NCBI RefSeq assembly: GCF_053078305.1
Contig: NZ_CP166879.1
DNA: 64,000 bases
Direction: 5' to 3' (one strand)
In this document: positions 50,921 through 63,990 of the stretch, piece by piece
Numbering within the stretch: position 1 is the stretch's first letter
Layout: every line of letters begins with the position of its first letter
The notes under the pieces: model-generated
Seen by the model: the letters and a program-made list of their open reading frames with translations, nothing else
Database searches by the model: none
Told to the model about the DNA's origin: nothing
Made by a program: the position numbers and the translations under genes

Positions 50921-50970
50921 TAACAGGCGGGAAGCGATTAAAAAAGAGGCGGGTCGATGACAAAGGTTAC

Positions 50971-51075
50971 ACCGTCTGACGTGCTACGCCTGTCAGGCCT
51001 ATTCGACTCCTGCAATGTATTGAATTTGCATAGTTTTGTAGGTCGAATAAGGCGTTCACGCCGCATCCGGCGTGA
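50971..51075. repeat. REP/BIME-type palindromic repeats between cho and nadE
   Basis: REP-like units acgcctgtcaggcctat and gtaggtcgaataaggcgttcacgccgcatccggcgtgaac. Confidence 0.6.
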
Positions 51076-51116
51076 ACAAATTACTCTTTTTCGCACAATC
51101 CAATATGTGCAAATTA

Positions 51117-51944
51117 TTACTTTTTCCAGAAATCATCGAAAACGGTAATTGGCGGACGGCGTTTATGTTCGGTTTTCAGATACCAGTTCTCTATTGTTCT
51201 GGCGACCTGTTCAGGTACGTTTTTCCCTTCCAGATAGTCGTCGATATTGTCATAGGTCACGCCGAGTGCCACTTCATCTGGCAGAGAAGGGCGATCATCT
51301 TCCAGATCGGCCGTTGGCGCTTTCTTATAAAGGTGTTCCGGGCAACCTAATGCCGCCAGTAACTGTTTACCCTGACGTTTGTTGAGACGATACAGCGGAT
51401 TAATGTCCGTACCGCCGTCACCATATTTAGTGAAGAATCCGGTAATGGCTTCTGCTGCATGATCGGTGCCCACCACGACACCGCTGGTCATACCCGCAAT
51501 GCTATATTGTGCTTTCATCCGCTCACGCGCTTTTTCATTGCCACGGACAAAATCGCTCAGTTCAATGCCTGCTTCCCGCAATGCCTGCTCGCTAGCCAAT
51601 ACCGCGCCCTTGATATTAACGGTTAATACGCGATCCGGTTGAATAAAGGCAATGGCATCCTGGCAATCTTGTTCGTCGGCCTGAACACCATAGGGCAGGC
51701 GTACGGCAATAAATTGCAGTGATTCGTTGTCGGTTTCCTGGCGCAGCTCATTAATCGCCATCTGGCACAGCTTTCCGGCAAGCGTGGAGTCCTGACCGCC
51801 GCTGATCCCGAGCACCAGTGATTTAATGAACGGATAAGTTTGCAGGTAGCTTTTCAGAAAATCGATACTACGACGAATTTCCTCTTCAGCATTAATCTGC
51901 GGTTTTGCGCCCAGCGCCTTTATTATTTGTTGTTGCAATGTCAT
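51117..51944 (-). CDS. nadE: NH3-dependent NAD+ synthetase (275 aa)
   Basis: 275-aa ORF with the SGGQDS PP-loop motif. Confidence 0.95.
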   Translation of the reverse strand: MTLQQQIIKALGAKPQINAEEEIRRSIDFLKSYLQTYPFIKSLVLGISGGQDSTLAGKLCQMAINELRQETDNESLQFIAVRLPYGVQADEQDCQDAIAFIQPDRVLTVNIKGAVLASEQALREAGIELSDFVRGNEKARERMKAQYSIAGMTSGVVVGTDHAAEAITGFFTKYGDGGTDINPLYRLNKRQGKQLLAALGCPEHLYKKAPTADLEDDRPSLPDEVALGVTYDNIDDYLEGKNVPEQVARTIENWYLKTEHKRRPPITVFDDFWKK

Positions 51945-52145
51945 TGAACCCCTCCAGACAGAAAAGACAAAACTTCCTTAAAGCTAACCCGTTGCTACTG
52001 AAACGACAAGCGACAGCGGGCTGAATGGTGGTTAAAACGTCATACAGGAATCCTCTGAAAGCGGAGCCGTTTCGTTCACGGGCTTGAAAAAGCGCCCAAT
52101 GTATTCCAGGCTTATCTAACACGCTGATAAACAAGAGGACGGAAT

Positions 52146-52484
52146 ATGAACAAGAATATGGCAGGAATTCTGAGTGCAGCGGCGGTATTAACCATGCTGG
52201 CGGGTTGTACGGCTTATGATCGTACCAAAGACCAGTTTGTACAGCCTGTGGTGAAAGACGTCAAAAAAGGCATGAGCCGGGCGCAGGTTGCACAAATTGC
52301 GGGTAAACCTTCGTCTGAAGTGAGCATGATCCATGCTCGTGGTACTTGCCAGACCTACATCCTGGGTCAACGTGATGGTAAAGCAGAAACCTACTTTGTC
52401 GCGTTAGATGATACCGGACATGTCATCAACTCCGGTTATCAGACCTGTGCTGAATACGACACTGATCCACAGGCTGCGAAGTAA
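52146..52484 (+). CDS. osmE: Osmotically inducible lipoprotein OsmE (112 aa)
   Basis: Lipoprotein signal peptide with lipobox (LAGC); 112 aa. Confidence 0.9.
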
Positions 52485-52514
52485 TCACTTCGTCTGAAAG
52501 CTTGAGTAACAACG

Positions 52515-52543
52515 GAAACCGGCCATTGCGCCGGTTTTTTTTG
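52515..52543 (+). terminator. Rho-independent terminator downstream of osmE
   Basis: Stem accggc / gccggt with loop cattgc, followed by a T8 run. Confidence 0.65.
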
Positions 52544-52582
52544 GTCTGAGTTCTTAATTATCTTCGCGAATTATTTGCCCGA

Positions 52583-52602
52583 AATGTGAAGAGGGTCATA
52601 AC
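52583..52602 (+). promoter_or_regulatory. Candidate CRP site in the chb operon control region
   Basis: TGTGA-N6-TCATA, about 180 nt upstream of chbB; consistent with known CRP dependence of the chb promoter, but not verified. Confidence 0.35.
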
Positions 52603-52782
52603 CGCAGGTCAAGGAGAGACAATTTATAAGGTCAAAGAAATACTATTGCTCAGGTCTATACCGTATACTCCTTTCAGCCACAAAAAAAGTCATGTTGGTT
52701 TCGCAAGTTACCCAGAGCATGGAAGCAGGTTAAGGCTTGCGGAGTGTCTGGCTGACAGATAATCGTCGATGAGGGCAGTTTT

Positions 52783-53103
52783 ATGGAAAAGAAACACATT
52801 TATCTGTTTTGTTCTGCGGGCATGTCTACCTCTTTACTGGTATCAAAAATGCGCGCACAGGCAGAAAAATATGAAGTTCCGGTCATTATTGAAGCATTTC
52901 CGGAAACACTGGCTGGTGAAAAAGGTCAGAATGCCGATGTCGTGTTATTAGGGCCGCAGATTGCTTATATGTTGCCCGAAATCCAGCGTTTGTTACCCAA
53001 CAAACCGGTTGAAGTAATTGACTCGCTGCTTTATGGCAAAGTCGATGGTTTAGGCGTGCTTAAGGCTGCGGTTGCAGCGATTAAAAAAGCCGCAGCAAAT
53101 TAA
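52783..53103 (+). CDS. chbB: PTS chitobiose-specific EIIB component (106 aa)
   Basis: 106-aa ORF with the phospho-Cys site near the N-terminus ([10 protein letters not shown]). Confidence 0.95.
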   Translation: MEKKHIYLFCSAGMSTSLLVSKMRAQAEKYEVPVIIEAFPETLAGEKGQNADVVLLGPQIAYMLPEIQRLLPNKPVEVIDSLLYGKVDGLGVLKAAVAAIKKAAAN

Positions 53104-53187
53104 TTTATTTTAAATTTTCCCGTCAAAGAGTTATTTCATAAATCAATACCGCAATATTTAAATTGCGGTTTTTAAGGGTATTTTTCT

Positions 53188-54546
53188 ATGAGTAATGTTA
53201 TTGCATCGCTTGAAAAGGTACTCCTCCCTTTTGCAGTTAAAATAGGAAAGCAACCACACGTTAATGCAATCAAAAATGGCTTTATTCGCTTAATGCCGTT
53301 AACCCTTGCGGGGGCCATGTTTGTATTAATTAACAACGTTTTTCTAAGCTTTGGGGAGGGGGCGTTTTTTTATTCCTTAGGTATTCGCCTCGACGCCTCA
53401 ACCATTGAAACACTTAATGGTCTGAAAGGTATTGGCGGCAACGTATATAACGGAACATTAGGGATAATGTCTTTAATGGCACCGTTCTTTATTGGCATGG
53501 CGCTGGCAGAAGAGCGTAAAGTCGATGCGCTGGCGGCTGGGTTGTTATCCGTTGCAGCATTTATGACCGTCACCCCATATAGTGTCGGTGAGGCCTATGC
53601 GGTTGGCGCAAACTGGTTAGGTGGGGCGAATATCATCTCCGGGATTATTATTGGCCTGGTGGTGGCAGAAATGTTTACCTTTATTGTCCGCCGCAATTGG
53701 GTCATTAAACTGCCCGACAGCGTACCTGCTTCAGTATCGCGTTCCTTCTCGGCATTAATTCCCGGCTTTATTATTCTTTCCGTGATGGGGATTATTGCCT
53801 GGGCGTTGAATACCTGGGGCACCAACTTCCATCAGATCATTATGGATACCATCTCAACCCCACTTGCATCGTTGGGTAGCGTGGTGGGCTGGGCCTATGT
53901 GATCTTTGTTCCACTGCTCTGGTTCTTCGGTATTCATGGCGCGCTGGCGCTGACCGCACTGGACAACGGCATTATGACGCCGTGGGCGCTGGAAAATATC
54001 GCGACCTATCAGCAATATGGTTCCGTCGAAGCGGCGCTGGCAGCCGGTAAGACCTTCCATATTTGGGCCAAGCCGATGCTGGACTCCTTTATTTTCCTTG
54101 GGGGCAGTGGTGCGACTTTAGGCCTGATCCTGGCTATCTTTATCGCCTCTCGCCGTGCTGATTATCGTCAGGTGGCAAAACTGGCGCTGCCGTCCGGCAT
54201 CTTCCAGATTAACGAACCGATTCTGTTTGGTCTGCCAATTATCATGAACCCGGTGATGTTTATCCCGTTTGTACTGGTACAACCGATTCTGGCGGCAATC
54301 ACCCTCGCAGCGTACTACATGGGCATTATTCCTCCGGTGACCAATATTGCACCGTGGACCATGCCAACCGGTCTGGGAGCCTTCTTTAACACCAACGGTA
54401 GCGTCGCCGCATTGCTGGTTGCACTCTTCAACCTTGGTATCGCAACGTTAATTTATCTGCCCTTTGTTGTGGTGGCTAACAAAGCACAAAACGCGATTGA
54501 TAAAGAAGAGAGCGAAGAAGATATCGCTAACGCCCTGAAATTTTAA
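53188..54546 (+). CDS. chbC: PTS chitobiose-specific EIIC permease (452 aa)
   Basis: 452-aa polytopic membrane protein, recognised as ChbC. Confidence 0.95.
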   Translation: MSNVIASLEKVLLPFAVKIGKQPHVNAIKNGFIRLMPLTLAGAMFVLINNVFLSFGEGAFFYSLGIRLDASTIETLNGLKGIGGNVYNGTLGIMSLMAPFFIGMALAEERKVDALAAGLLSVAAFMTVTPYSVGEAYAVGANWLGGANIISGIIIGLVVAEMFTFIVRRNWVIKLPDSVPASVSRSFSALIPGFIILSVMGIIAWALNTWGTNFHQIIMDTISTPLASLGSVVGWAYVIFVPLLWFFGIHGALALTALDNGIMTPWALENIATYQQYGSVEAALAAGKTFHIWAKPMLDSFIFLGGSGATLGLILAIFIASRRADYRQVAKLALPSGIFQINEPILFGLPIIMNPVMFIPFVLVQPILAAITLAAYYMGIIPPVTNIAPWTMPTGLGAFFNTNGSVAALLVALFNLGIATLIYLPFVVVANKAQNAIDKEESEEDIANALKF

Positions 54547-54596
54547 TCGATGCCGGTACGGGTAATCGTGCCGGTAAGAAAAGAGAGGAACGATGT

Positions 54597-54947
54597 ATGA
54601 TGGATCTCGATAACATTCCCGATACGCAAACGGAAGCTGAAGAGCTGGAAGAAGTGGTGATGGGGCTTATCATCAACTCCGGACAAGCGCGCAGCCTGGC
54701 GTATGCGGCACTGAAACAGGCGAAGCAGGGCGATTTTGCCGCAGCAAAAGCCATGATGGATCAGTCACGGATGGCATTGAATGAAGCGCATCTGGTACAG
54801 ACGAAACTGATTGAAGGCGATGCGGGCGAAGGTAAGATGAAAGTGAGTCTGGTGCTGGTCCACGCTCAGGATCATTTAATGACGTCCATGCTTGCGCGTG
54901 AACTGATTACCGAATTAATTGAGCTTCATGAAAAACTGAAGGCATAA
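54597..54947 (+). CDS. chbA: PTS chitobiose-specific EIIA component (116 aa)
   Basis: 116-aa helical ORF, recognised as ChbA. Confidence 0.95.
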   Translation: MMDLDNIPDTQTEAEELEEVVMGLIINSGQARSLAYAALKQAKQGDFAAAKAMMDQSRMALNEAHLVQTKLIEGDAGEGKMKVSLVLVHAQDHLMTSMLARELITELIELHEKLKA

Positions 54948-54954
54948 GGAGTCG

Positions 54955-55797
54955 ATGATGCAGCCAGTGATTAACGCGCCGGAAATTGCCACTGCCCGAG
55001 AACAGCAGTTGTTTAATGGCAAAAACTTCCATGTGTTTATCTATAACAAAACTGAGAGTATCAGCGGACTGCATCAGCACGACTATTATGAATTTACTCT
55101 GGTATTAACCGGGCGTTATTTCCAGGAGATTAACGGTAAGCGCGTGTTACTGGAACGGGGCGATTTTGTTTTTATTCCGTTAGGTTCGCACCATCAAAGT
55201 TTTTATGAGTTTGGTGCCACGCGTATATTGAACGTTGGGATCAGTAAACGCTTTTTTGAGCAGCATTACCTGCCGTTGTTGCCTTATTGCTTTGTAGCTT
55301 CGCAGGTATACCGGACCAATAACGCTTTTCTCACCTATGTGGAAACAGTGATTTCTTCATTGAATTTCCGCGAAACAGGGCTGGAAGAGTTTGTTGAGAT
55401 GGTTACTTTTTATGTCATTAACCGTTTACGTCATTACCGCGAAGAACAGGTGATTGATGATGTACCGCAGTGGCTGAAAAGTACGGTAGAAAAGATGCAT
55501 GATAAAGAGCAGTTTAGTGAATCGGCGCTGGAGAATATGGTGACGTTGTCAGCCAAATCACAGGAATATTTGACGCGGGCGACTCAACGATATTATGGCA
55601 AAACGCCAATGCAGATTATTAATGAAATCCGTATTAATTTTGCCAAAAAACAACTGGAAATGACCAACTATTCAGTGACGGATATTGCGTTTGAGGCCGG
55701 TTATAGTAGCCCGAGTTTGTTTATTAAAACGTTTAAGAAATTAACGTCCTTTACGCCTAAGAGCTATCGTAAGAAATTGACTGAATTTAATCAGTAA
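54955..55797 (+). CDS. chbR: AraC-family dual regulator of the chb operon (280 aa)
   Basis: 280-aa ORF with a C-terminal AraC-type helix-turn-helix. Confidence 0.9.
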   Translation: MMQPVINAPEIATAREQQLFNGKNFHVFIYNKTESISGLHQHDYYEFTLVLTGRYFQEINGKRVLLERGDFVFIPLGSHHQSFYEFGATRILNVGISKRFFEQHYLPLLPYCFVASQVYRTNNAFLTYVETVISSLNFRETGLEEFVEMVTFYVINRLRHYREEQVIDDVPQWLKSTVEKMHDKEQFSESALENMVTLSAKSQEYLTRATQRYYGKTPMQIINEIRINFAKKQLEMTNYSVTDIAFEAGYSSPSLFIKTFKKLTSFTPKSYRKKLTEFNQ

Positions 55798-55902
55798 GTC
55801 GTTATACCTGACAATTCACATATCTGTCCTGTTGCTGGATTATTTATGTCCGGGGGGGGCAGATATGCCAGATATCAGTATTCTGTACTGAAGGGAGAAA
55901 TT

Positions 55903-57255
55903 ATGAGCCAGAAATTAAAAGTCGTCACTATTGGTGGCGGGAGCAGCTATACCCCGGAGTTACTGGAAGGATTTATTAAGCGTTATCACGAATTGCCGGT
56001 CAGCGAATTATGGCTGGTGGATGTCGAAGGTGGCAAAGCTAAACTGGATATTATTTTCGATCTCTGCCAACGGATGATTGATAACGCTGGCATCCCGATG
56101 AAGCTTTATAAAACGCTGGATCGCCGCGAAGCATTGAAAGATGCTGATTTCGTTACTACCCAACTGCGCGTAGGCCAATTACCGGCGCGCGAACTGGATG
56201 AACGTATTCCATTAAGTCATGGTTATCTTGGTCAGGAAACCAACGGCGCGGGCGGTCTGTTTAAAGGTCTGCGTACCATTCCGGTGATTTTTGACATCGT
56301 AAAAGATGTCGAAGAACTTTGTCCGAATGCATGGGTGATTAACTTCACTAACCCGGCGGGAATGGTCACTGAAGCCGTTTATCGTCATACCGGATTTAAA
56401 CGCTTTATCGGCGTGTGTAATATTCCGATCGGCATGAAGATGTTTATTCGCGATGTTCTGATGCTGAAAGACAGCGATGATTTATCTATCGATCTGTTCG
56501 GCCTCAACCATATGGTGTTCATTAAGGATGTGCTGGTAAATGGCAAATCTCGCTTTGCCGAATTACTTGATGGTGTGGCATCCGGGCAGTTAAAAGCATC
56601 TGGCGTTAAAAATATTTTCGATCTGCCATTTAGCGAAGGCTTAATTCGTTCTCTGAATCTGTTGCCGTGTTCTTATTTGCTTTATTACTTCAAGCAAAAA
56701 GAGATGCTGGCTATTGAAATGGGCGAATACTACAAAGGCGGCGCACGAGCGCAGGTAGTACAGAAAGTCGAGAAACAACTTTTTGAGCTGTATAAAAACC
56801 CGGAGTTGAAAGTTAAGCCGAAAGAACTGGAACAGCGCGGTGGGGCTTATTACTCTGATGCAGCGTGCGAAGTGATCAACGCTATCTACAACGATAAGCA
56901 AGCAGAACATTACGTTAATATCCCGCATCATGGGCATATTGATAATATTCCGGCAGACTGGGCGGTAGAAATGACCTGTACGCTGGGGCGCGATGGCGCG
57001 ACGCCACATCCGCGCATTACGCATTTCGATGATAAAGTGATGGGGCTGATTCACACCATTAAAGGCTTCGAGATTGCTGCCAGCAACGCCGCACTTAGCG
57101 GAGAATTTAACGATGTGTTACTGGCGCTAAACCTTAGTCCGTTGGTGCATTCCGATCGCGATGCTGAGCTGCTGGCACGCGAGATGATTCTGGCGCACGA
57201 GAAATGGCTGCCAAATTTTGCCGACTGCATCGCAGAGCTTAAAAAAGCACATTAA
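55903..57255 (+). CDS. chbF: Family-4 6-phospho-beta-glucosidase / chitobiose-6P hydrolase (450 aa)
   Basis: Start at the ATG at 55903, preceded by an AAGGGAG Shine-Dalgarno (MSQKLKVVTIGGGSSYTPE, NAD-binding motif). Confidence 0.9.
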   Translation: MSQKLKVVTIGGGSSYTPELLEGFIKRYHELPVSELWLVDVEGGKAKLDIIFDLCQRMIDNAGIPMKLYKTLDRREALKDADFVTTQLRVGQLPARELDERIPLSHGYLGQETNGAGGLFKGLRTIPVIFDIVKDVEELCPNAWVINFTNPAGMVTEAVYRHTGFKRFIGVCNIPIGMKMFIRDVLMLKDSDDLSIDLFGLNHMVFIKDVLVNGKSRFAELLDGVASGQLKASGVKNIFDLPFSEGLIRSLNLLPCSYLLYYFKQKEMLAIEMGEYYKGGARAQVVQKVEKQLFELYKNPELKVKPKELEQRGGAYYSDAACEVINAIYNDKQAEHYVNIPHHGHIDNIPADWAVEMTCTLGRDGATPHPRITHFDDKVMGLIHTIKGFEIAASNAALSGEFNDVLLALNLSPLVHSDRDAELLAREMILAHEKWLPNFADCIAELKKAH

Positions 57256-58026
<771 letters not shown>

Positions 58027-58036
58027 GTAAGGTGGT

Positions 58037-58064
58037 AAGGTCACTCCCCAGGGGACGTGACCTT
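58037..58064. terminator. Bidirectional hairpin between the convergent chbG and katE genes
   Basis: Inverted repeat aaggtcactcccc / ggggacgtgacctt placed between the two stop codons. Confidence 0.5.
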
Positions 58065-58072
58065 ATCCATAT

Positions 58073-60334
58073 TTACGCCGGAATTTTGTCAATCTTAGGA
58101 ATGCGTGACCACACGCGGTGTGCTGCCATCAGCGTTAACAGTTCATCCATAAAACTACCGTCGGCGCTGTCAGCTTCCACAATCCCTTCTTCACCCTGGT
58201 CAGCGACCTTGATTGTTGCTTTAAACTTGCGCGCGTCTCCCGCCAGCGCAATCGGTTTAAGGTGTTTGTAGGCTTCCATCAGGTAGTAGTTGGCATCGCC
58301 GTTGTCAGCGATATCCGCGATATTGCCGCAAGGGACAATGACCGCATCGACCGTCAGCGAAGGCGCACCGGCAAAGGTAGCGGCTATAGGCAACACCGTA
58401 CCGTCATCCGCAGTCACTTCACCCATTCGGGAGTAGAGCAGTTTGGCATGAACGCCTTTGGCCTTCAGGGCCTTGAGAATGGCCAGAAGGTCTGCCGATC
58501 TCACTTCATCATTAAGTAAAATCGCTACCACGCGACCTTTCACATCACCGTCAGGAATGGCGTACAAACTTAAGGATGGATCCTTTTTCAGACCGTTGAC
58601 GTCCGGAGGTGGGGTGATATTCAGCTGGTCATCAGTCAGTTCGATACCGAGATTTTTCGCCACCGCCTGGGCCAGAGTGAGATCAATATGCGCCAGCTGG
58701 TCAACAACGCGCTCACGAATATAGGGACGAACGACTTTGCTTAACTCAAAACTGAAGCCATCGACAATATGACGCTGCTCGAATGGCGTCTGACTTAGCC
58801 AGAACAGACGCGGATGGGAATAATATTCGCCAAAAGATGGACTGCGCTCGCGAACTTTATTTCCTTCCACGCGTTCCTGATATGATTCAAAACCGCCGCG
58901 TTTCGGTCCCGGCGGTGTTTCGCGCGGCCAGTTATCGTTGATCGAGTTCGGTTCGTAATTCGCCGGGTTAGTGTCGATCCCCATACGATGCATGCCATCA
59001 CGCTGGTAGTTGTGGTAAGGGCAGGTCGGACGGTTAATCGGAATCTCATGGAAATTCGGCCCACCAAGACGACTGATTTGTGTATCGGTATAGGAGAACA
59101 AACGTCCCTGCAACAGCGGATCGTTGGTGAAGTCCAGTCCCGGCACGATATGCCCAGGATGGAAAGCCGCCTGTTCGTTTTCAGCAAAGAAGTTATCCGG
59201 GTTGCGATTGAGCACCATTTTGCCGACACGCTGAACGGGCACCAGTTCTTCCGGGATAAGTTTGGTTGGATCGAGAAGATCGAAGTCGAACTTGAATTCA
59301 TCTTCTTCAGGAATCAACTGGAAGCCCAGTTCGTATTCCGGAAAATCACCTGCTTCAATGGCTTCCCACAACTCGCGGCGGTGGAAGTCCGGGTCACGTC
59401 CGGTTAGTTTTTGTGCTTCATCCCAAACGAGTGAGGCTTTACCTGCCAGTGGTTTCCAGTGGAAACGTACAAACGTTGCCTTCCCTTCGGCATTAATCAG
59501 GCGGAAGGTATGAATACCAAAGCCTTCCATGGTGCGGTAACTGCGGGGGATGCCGCGATCCGACATCGCCCACATCACGTTGTGCAGAGTTTCAGGTTGC
59601 AGAGAAACATAATCCCAGAAAGTATCGTGGGCGCTTTGCCCTTGTGGAATTGCCCAGTGTGGTTCTGGTTTTACCGCATGAACAAAATCGGGGAATTTAT
59701 GCGCATCCTGGATAAAGAAGATTGGCGTGTTATTGCCAACAAGGTCAAAAATACCCTCTTCGGTATAGAATTTGGTGGCAAAGCCACGGATATCACGCAC
59801 GGTATCGGCAGAGCCAGCACCACCCTGAACGGTAGAGAAACGTACAAATACTGGGGTGATTTTGTTCGGATCTGAGAGGAAATCCGCTTTGGTGATATCG
59901 CTTAAGCTTTTATATGGCTGGAAATAACCGTGAGCGGCTGATCCACGTGCATGAACAATACGTTCCGGGATGCGCTCATGGTCAAAGTGGGTGATTTTCT
60001 CGCGCAGAATAAAATCTTCCAGCAGCGTTGGACCACGGCTACCGGCACGCAGTGAGTTTTGATCGTCGGCGATGCGCACGCCCTGATTAGTGGTCAGCGC
60101 ATAATTTTCACTGCCTTTGCGTACGTCTTCCAGAGAATTAAGTTTTTCGTTACGCGTATCAGGGGCTTTCAGGCTCCCTGGGGCGGTAGGTTGTGCACCT
60201 GGCGGTGTTGGTTCAGCCGCTGGACGATGAGAGCCGTCCTCAGGTGCCAGTGAGTCCATCCCCGGTTTCGCTTCGCTGGAATCGTGTAGTGGTGACTGGT
60301 GCTGATGTGGGTTCTTTTCGTTTTGTTGCGACAT
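58073..60334 (-). CDS. katE: Catalase HPII (753 aa)
   Basis: 753-aa ORF, recognised as the large-subunit catalase KatE. Confidence 0.97.
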   Translation of the reverse strand: MSQQNEKNPHQHQSPLHDSSEAKPGMDSLAPEDGSHRPAAEPTPPGAQPTAPGSLKAPDTRNEKLNSLEDVRKGSENYALTTNQGVRIADDQNSLRAGSRGPTLLEDFILREKITHFDHERIPERIVHARGSAAHGYFQPYKSLSDITKADFLSDPNKITPVFVRFSTVQGGAGSADTVRDIRGFATKFYTEEGIFDLVGNNTPIFFIQDAHKFPDFVHAVKPEPHWAIPQGQSAHDTFWDYVSLQPETLHNVMWAMSDRGIPRSYRTMEGFGIHTFRLINAEGKATFVRFHWKPLAGKASLVWDEAQKLTGRDPDFHRRELWEAIEAGDFPEYELGFQLIPEEDEFKFDFDLLDPTKLIPEELVPVQRVGKMVLNRNPDNFFAENEQAAFHPGHIVPGLDFTNDPLLQGRLFSYTDTQISRLGGPNFHEIPINRPTCPYHNYQRDGMHRMGIDTNPANYEPNSINDNWPRETPPGPKRGGFESYQERVEGNKVRERSPSFGEYYSHPRLFWLSQTPFEQRHIVDGFSFELSKVVRPYIRERVVDQLAHIDLTLAQAVAKNLGIELTDDQLNITPPPDVNGLKKDPSLSLYAIPDGDVKGRVVAILLNDEVRSADLLAILKALKAKGVHAKLLYSRMGEVTADDGTVLPIAATFAGAPSLTVDAVIVPCGNIADIADNGDANYYLMEAYKHLKPIALAGDARKFKATIKVADQGEEGIVEADSADGSFMDELLTLMAAHRVWSRIPKIDKIPA

Positions 60335-60537
60335 TGAACTCGTCTCCTTAATTTATTACTGAAAGGGCCGCTGTTTTGGTCAAAAAACTCTCTAACTATA
60401 GACCACCAGCCAGACCCCGCTTCGGAGACTATTCTGGAAACGGTGTTATGAAATACACGCAAAGCGGGACGTACAGGGGCTAAATCGGCTAAACTACAGT
60501 TTTTCTGATTTTTAATATGCGTTTAGTGAAGCCAGTA

Positions 60538-60780
60538 ATGAAGAAACCGCTCCGCCAGCAAAACCGCCAGATTATTAGCTATGTCCCACGCACGGAACCC
60601 GCGCCGCCAGAACATGCGATAAAGATGGATTCGTTTCGTGATGTCTGGATGCTGCGTGGCAAATATGTTGCGTTTGTACTGATGGGAGAGTCATTTCTGC
60701 GCTCACCGGCGTTTACTGTGCCTGAATCCGCCCAGCGTTGGGCAAATCAGATCCGCCAGGAAGGGGAAGTGACTGAGTAA
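60538..60780 (+). CDS. cedA: Cell-division modulator CedA (80 aa)
   Basis: Internal ATG at 60538 gives MKKPLRQQNRQIISYVPRTEP...; the track ORF starts 21 nt upstream. Confidence 0.8.
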   Translation: MKKPLRQQNRQIISYVPRTEPAPPEHAIKMDSFRDVWMLRGKYVAFVLMGESFLRSPAFTVPESAQRWANQIRQEGEVTE

Positions 60781-61068
60781 GGATTACGTACCTCCCGGTT
60801 TTGCCGGGAGTTACATGGCCTGAAATTTTGTATTTCATTGCTACATTCATTCAAACCACCTGTAACAAAAAGCTGCCTTTGACGATCTATTGCTATAAAT
60901 AAGTGATCTTTTTTCTTTAATTGTTTATTTATTTTAAAATGGTTAAGTTTTGCTAATCATGATGAGCTATTTTTGATAGTTCATCCTGTGGCGTCGCTCT
61001 TAAACTTATATTGTAAATGACTTAGATTTAAATGAGATAATAATTTTGTTAACAATATGAGGCGGGAG

Positions 61069-61872
61069 ATGTTTTCTACAAACTTAATACAGAGTAATTA
61101 TGGTGATTTAAATATTAAAAGCCTGGCTTTCGACTCTTTTAAAGAAAGGCTGCAGTCTACCATGGCGGCACTCACTTTCTTTATATCAACGGGTCAATGT
61201 GACTGCGATGAAATAGCAGAATCAAATTTTAATTATATGATTGCCTATATGTCTAACATTAACTATGATGCCTCAAAGCCAGGAGCGCCAGCACTTAGTT
61301 TTGATACATATCTGCAGGACAATGTTAAATATAGAGTAATAATTAATAATCTTTATGGTAGTGAAATTCGGATAAGAGGTATAAATAAAGATTTTATTGG
61401 AATGGATGTTACTTCTGTATTTCGCCCAGAAAAAATGACCAATTTGATCAGTATAAAAAACAGGTTGGTTATTCACTATTTAAGGACTATATACTATGAA
61501 CAAAATTATATACATCCTGTCGGGAGCATTTTTGCTGCGATTCAAAAAAATGAGAGTCTCCTAAAGTTTCCTTCGATAATATCAATGCTTAATATCAATC
61601 TTCTTTTTAATCCACTAAATCTTCCGGGAATGGGAAGTGGTATACTTGAAGATATTATGAGTATTCCAGATAGTTCACTTAGAAAACGTCTCGGGTATGA
61701 GGTTTTAAGCTTCTCGCTACAGGCACATTCATTGAGCCAGGAATGTATTGATAAGTTGGACATTTTTTTCGCTGACGATCTGTTTAAATATGAGTCAGTA
61801 TGCATCGCCGCGATGGAACATTTAAAAAGTAAGGCAACGGCCCCTATACAAAACGGACCGTTGCCAGCATAA
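61069..61872 (+). CDS. ydjO: Uncharacterized protein YdjO (about 267 aa), AT-rich orphan gene
   Basis: ATG at 61069 preceded by a GGCGGGAG Shine-Dalgarno (the track ORF starts at 61057); very AT-rich coding sequence. Confidence 0.75.
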   Translation: MFSTNLIQSNYGDLNIKSLAFDSFKERLQSTMAALTFFISTGQCDCDEIAESNFNYMIAYMSNINYDASKPGAPALSFDTYLQDNVKYRVIINNLYGSEIRIRGINKDFIGMDVTSVFRPEKMTNLISIKNRLVIHYLRTIYYEQNYIHPVGSIFAAIQKNESLLKFPSIISMLNINLLFNPLNLPGMGSGILEDIMSIPDSSLRKRLGYEVLSFSLQAHSLSQECIDKLDIFFADDLFKYESVCIAAMEHLKSKATAPIQNGPLPA

Positions 61873-61875
61873 GAA

Positions 61876-63267
61876 TTAATGGTGTGCCAGTTCGGCGTCG
61901 TCTTCGCTATCCAGAATGGCTTTATCGGTTTGCTTCAGCCACTGGCTGGTCAGCGTGCCAGCTGTCATCGAGCCACTAACGTTTAGCGCCGTACGGCCCA
62001 TGTCGATAAGCGGTTCAACGGAGATTAACAGCGCCACCAGGGTTACTGGCAGGCCCATCGCAGGCAGCACAATCAGTGCGGCGAAAGTTGCACCACCACC
62101 GACACCGGCAACGCCTGCGGAGCTAACGGTAACAATACCGACCAGCGTCGCAATCCACATCGGGTCCAGCGGGTTAATGCCAACCGTAGGCGCAACCATC
62201 ACCGCCAGCATTGCCGGATACAAACCGGCGCAGCCGTTCTGACCAATGGTCGCACCGAAAGAGGCGGCGAAACTGGCGATGGATTCAGGAACGCCCAGAC
62301 GACGCGTTTGTGCTTCCACATTCAGTGGGATAGACGCAGCACTGGAACGGCTGGTAAAGGCAAACGTCAGCACAGGCCATACCTTACGGAAGTACTTCAG
62401 CGGACTCACGCCATTAATGCCCAGCAGAATGCCATGCACTGCAAACATAATCAGCAGACCGAGGTAGGACGCGACAACGAAACTTCCCAGTTTGATGATG
62501 TCTTGCAGGTTAGAACCTGCAACCACTTTGGTCATTAGTGCCAGAACGCCGTAAGGGGTCAACTGCATGACCAGGCGAACTAGTTTCATCACCCAGCTTT
62601 GCAGGGTATCGATAGCGGTTAAGACGCGTTCACCTTTCGGCGCATCATCCTTCAGCAGTTTCAGCGCAGCTACACCGAGGAATGCGGCAAAAATTACCAC
62701 GCTGATAATTGACGTCGGATTGGCTCCGGTCAGATCGGCAAACGGGTTTTTCGGGATAAAGGACAAGACCAGCTGCGGAACGCTCAGGTCAGAGACTTTA
62801 CCAACATAGTTACTTTCGATGGCGTTCAGACGTGCAGTTTCTGCACCACCCTGAACCAGACCTTCAGCCGTCAAACCAAACAGGTTGGTGACCAGCACAC
62901 CGACCAGCGCCGCAATCAGCGTGGTAAACAAAAGCGTACCGATGGTCAGAAAACTGATTTTACCTAACTGAGATGCGTTATGCAGACGGGCAACCGCGCT
63001 CAGAATAGAGGCGAAGACTAACGGCATAACGATCATTTGCAGCAGTTGAACATAGCCGTTACCAACGATGTTAAACCACTGTACAGAATCTTTAAGTACC
63101 TGGCTGTCAGAACCATAAATGGTATGCAGGGCAAGGCCAAAAACCACACCCATCACCAGACCCACCAGCACTTTTTTCGCCAGACTCCACTGTTTATGGC
63201 GGGTCTGAGCCAGCGCAAACAGCAGTACAACGAACACCACGATGTTCGCAATTAATGGAAAGTTCAT
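61876..63267 (-). CDS. tcyP: L-cystine/H+ symporter TcyP (YdjN), dicarboxylate/amino-acid:cation symporter family (463 aa)
   Basis: 463-aa polytopic membrane ORF, recognised as YdjN/TcyP. Confidence 0.95.
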   Translation of the reverse strand: MNFPLIANIVVFVVLLFALAQTRHKQWSLAKKVLVGLVMGVVFGLALHTIYGSDSQVLKDSVQWFNIVGNGYVQLLQMIVMPLVFASILSAVARLHNASQLGKISFLTIGTLLFTTLIAALVGVLVTNLFGLTAEGLVQGGAETARLNAIESNYVGKVSDLSVPQLVLSFIPKNPFADLTGANPTSIISVVIFAAFLGVAALKLLKDDAPKGERVLTAIDTLQSWVMKLVRLVMQLTPYGVLALMTKVVAGSNLQDIIKLGSFVVASYLGLLIMFAVHGILLGINGVSPLKYFRKVWPVLTFAFTSRSSAASIPLNVEAQTRRLGVPESIASFAASFGATIGQNGCAGLYPAMLAVMVAPTVGINPLDPMWIATLVGIVTVSSAGVAGVGGGATFAALIVLPAMGLPVTLVALLISVEPLIDMGRTALNVSGSMTAGTLTSQWLKQTDKAILDSEDDAELAHH

Positions 63268-63399
63268 CCCCGTTCTCCTGATCTTATTATTTCTATCACT
63301 GCGTAGCAGTCATAGTGTTGGCGCAAGATTAACAGAACTGTGAGTTGGCTCTTATATTCAAATGGAATTGCTTATTCCAGAAAGGTGATTTTTGCCTTT

Positions 63400-63990
63400 T
63401 TAGTATTCAACCTGATGCTTAATAAGCCGATGAAACTGGATCTGCAAGGTATTGATCATTTGCGATGACCAACGAACAGCGCTGTTCTCGGGTAATGAAT
63501 GGGGCATCCATACCGACCAGACAAATAGTGCCATGCAGATAAAACGTTCCAGTTGGTTACCCTTTTGGGGAACCAGGATAGGCAAGCGGAAACGCCAGCG
63601 GCATGGCCAGAGCAGGGGAACACCGGCGGGTGTCAGCATATCGGCAAGTATGTGGCTTAAATAACCCAGCACCATTCCTTGTAGCGCATCAGCCGGAATG
63701 AACCAGCTTTCAGGAACCTTAAGGTAAAAGGTTGCCAGCAGCGCAAATACCGCCAGCAGACTGTGGGTAAAACCACGATGCCCAAAAGCGCGGGCGATCG
63801 GTTTTGATATCCACTTTAATCGCTGCCCAAGAAACGACTTTGGGTGATCGATGTCCGGTAACAAACACGTCAGGATTGCGGAAGGGACAATATGCCACCA
63901 GTCACCCTGTGCCAGCACGGGCGTCAGCTCGGCATTTTTGGCAAATACCGCACAAGCAATAGAAAAGAGAAGGTGACCTTCCGCCGTCAT
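63400..63990 (-). CDS. ydjM: LexA-regulated inner-membrane metal-dependent hydrolase-like protein YdjM (196 aa)
   Basis: 196-aa ORF; its promoter region is cut off by the window end. Confidence 0.85.
   Translation of the reverse strand: MTAEGHLLFSIACAVFAKNAELTPVLAQGDWWHIVPSAILTCLLPDIDHPKSFLGQRLKWISKPIARAFGHRGFTHSLLAVFALLATFYLKVPESWFIPADALQGMVLGYLSHILADMLTPAGVPLLWPCRWRFRLPILVPQKGNQLERFICMALFVWSVWMPHSLPENSAVRWSSQMINTLQIQFHRLIKHQVEY

Noticed and set aside
58262-59875. Several 80-170-aa ORFs on both strands inside katE
   Set aside because: All are internal to, or antisense of, the 753-aa catalase gene; artefacts of a long GC-rich ORF.
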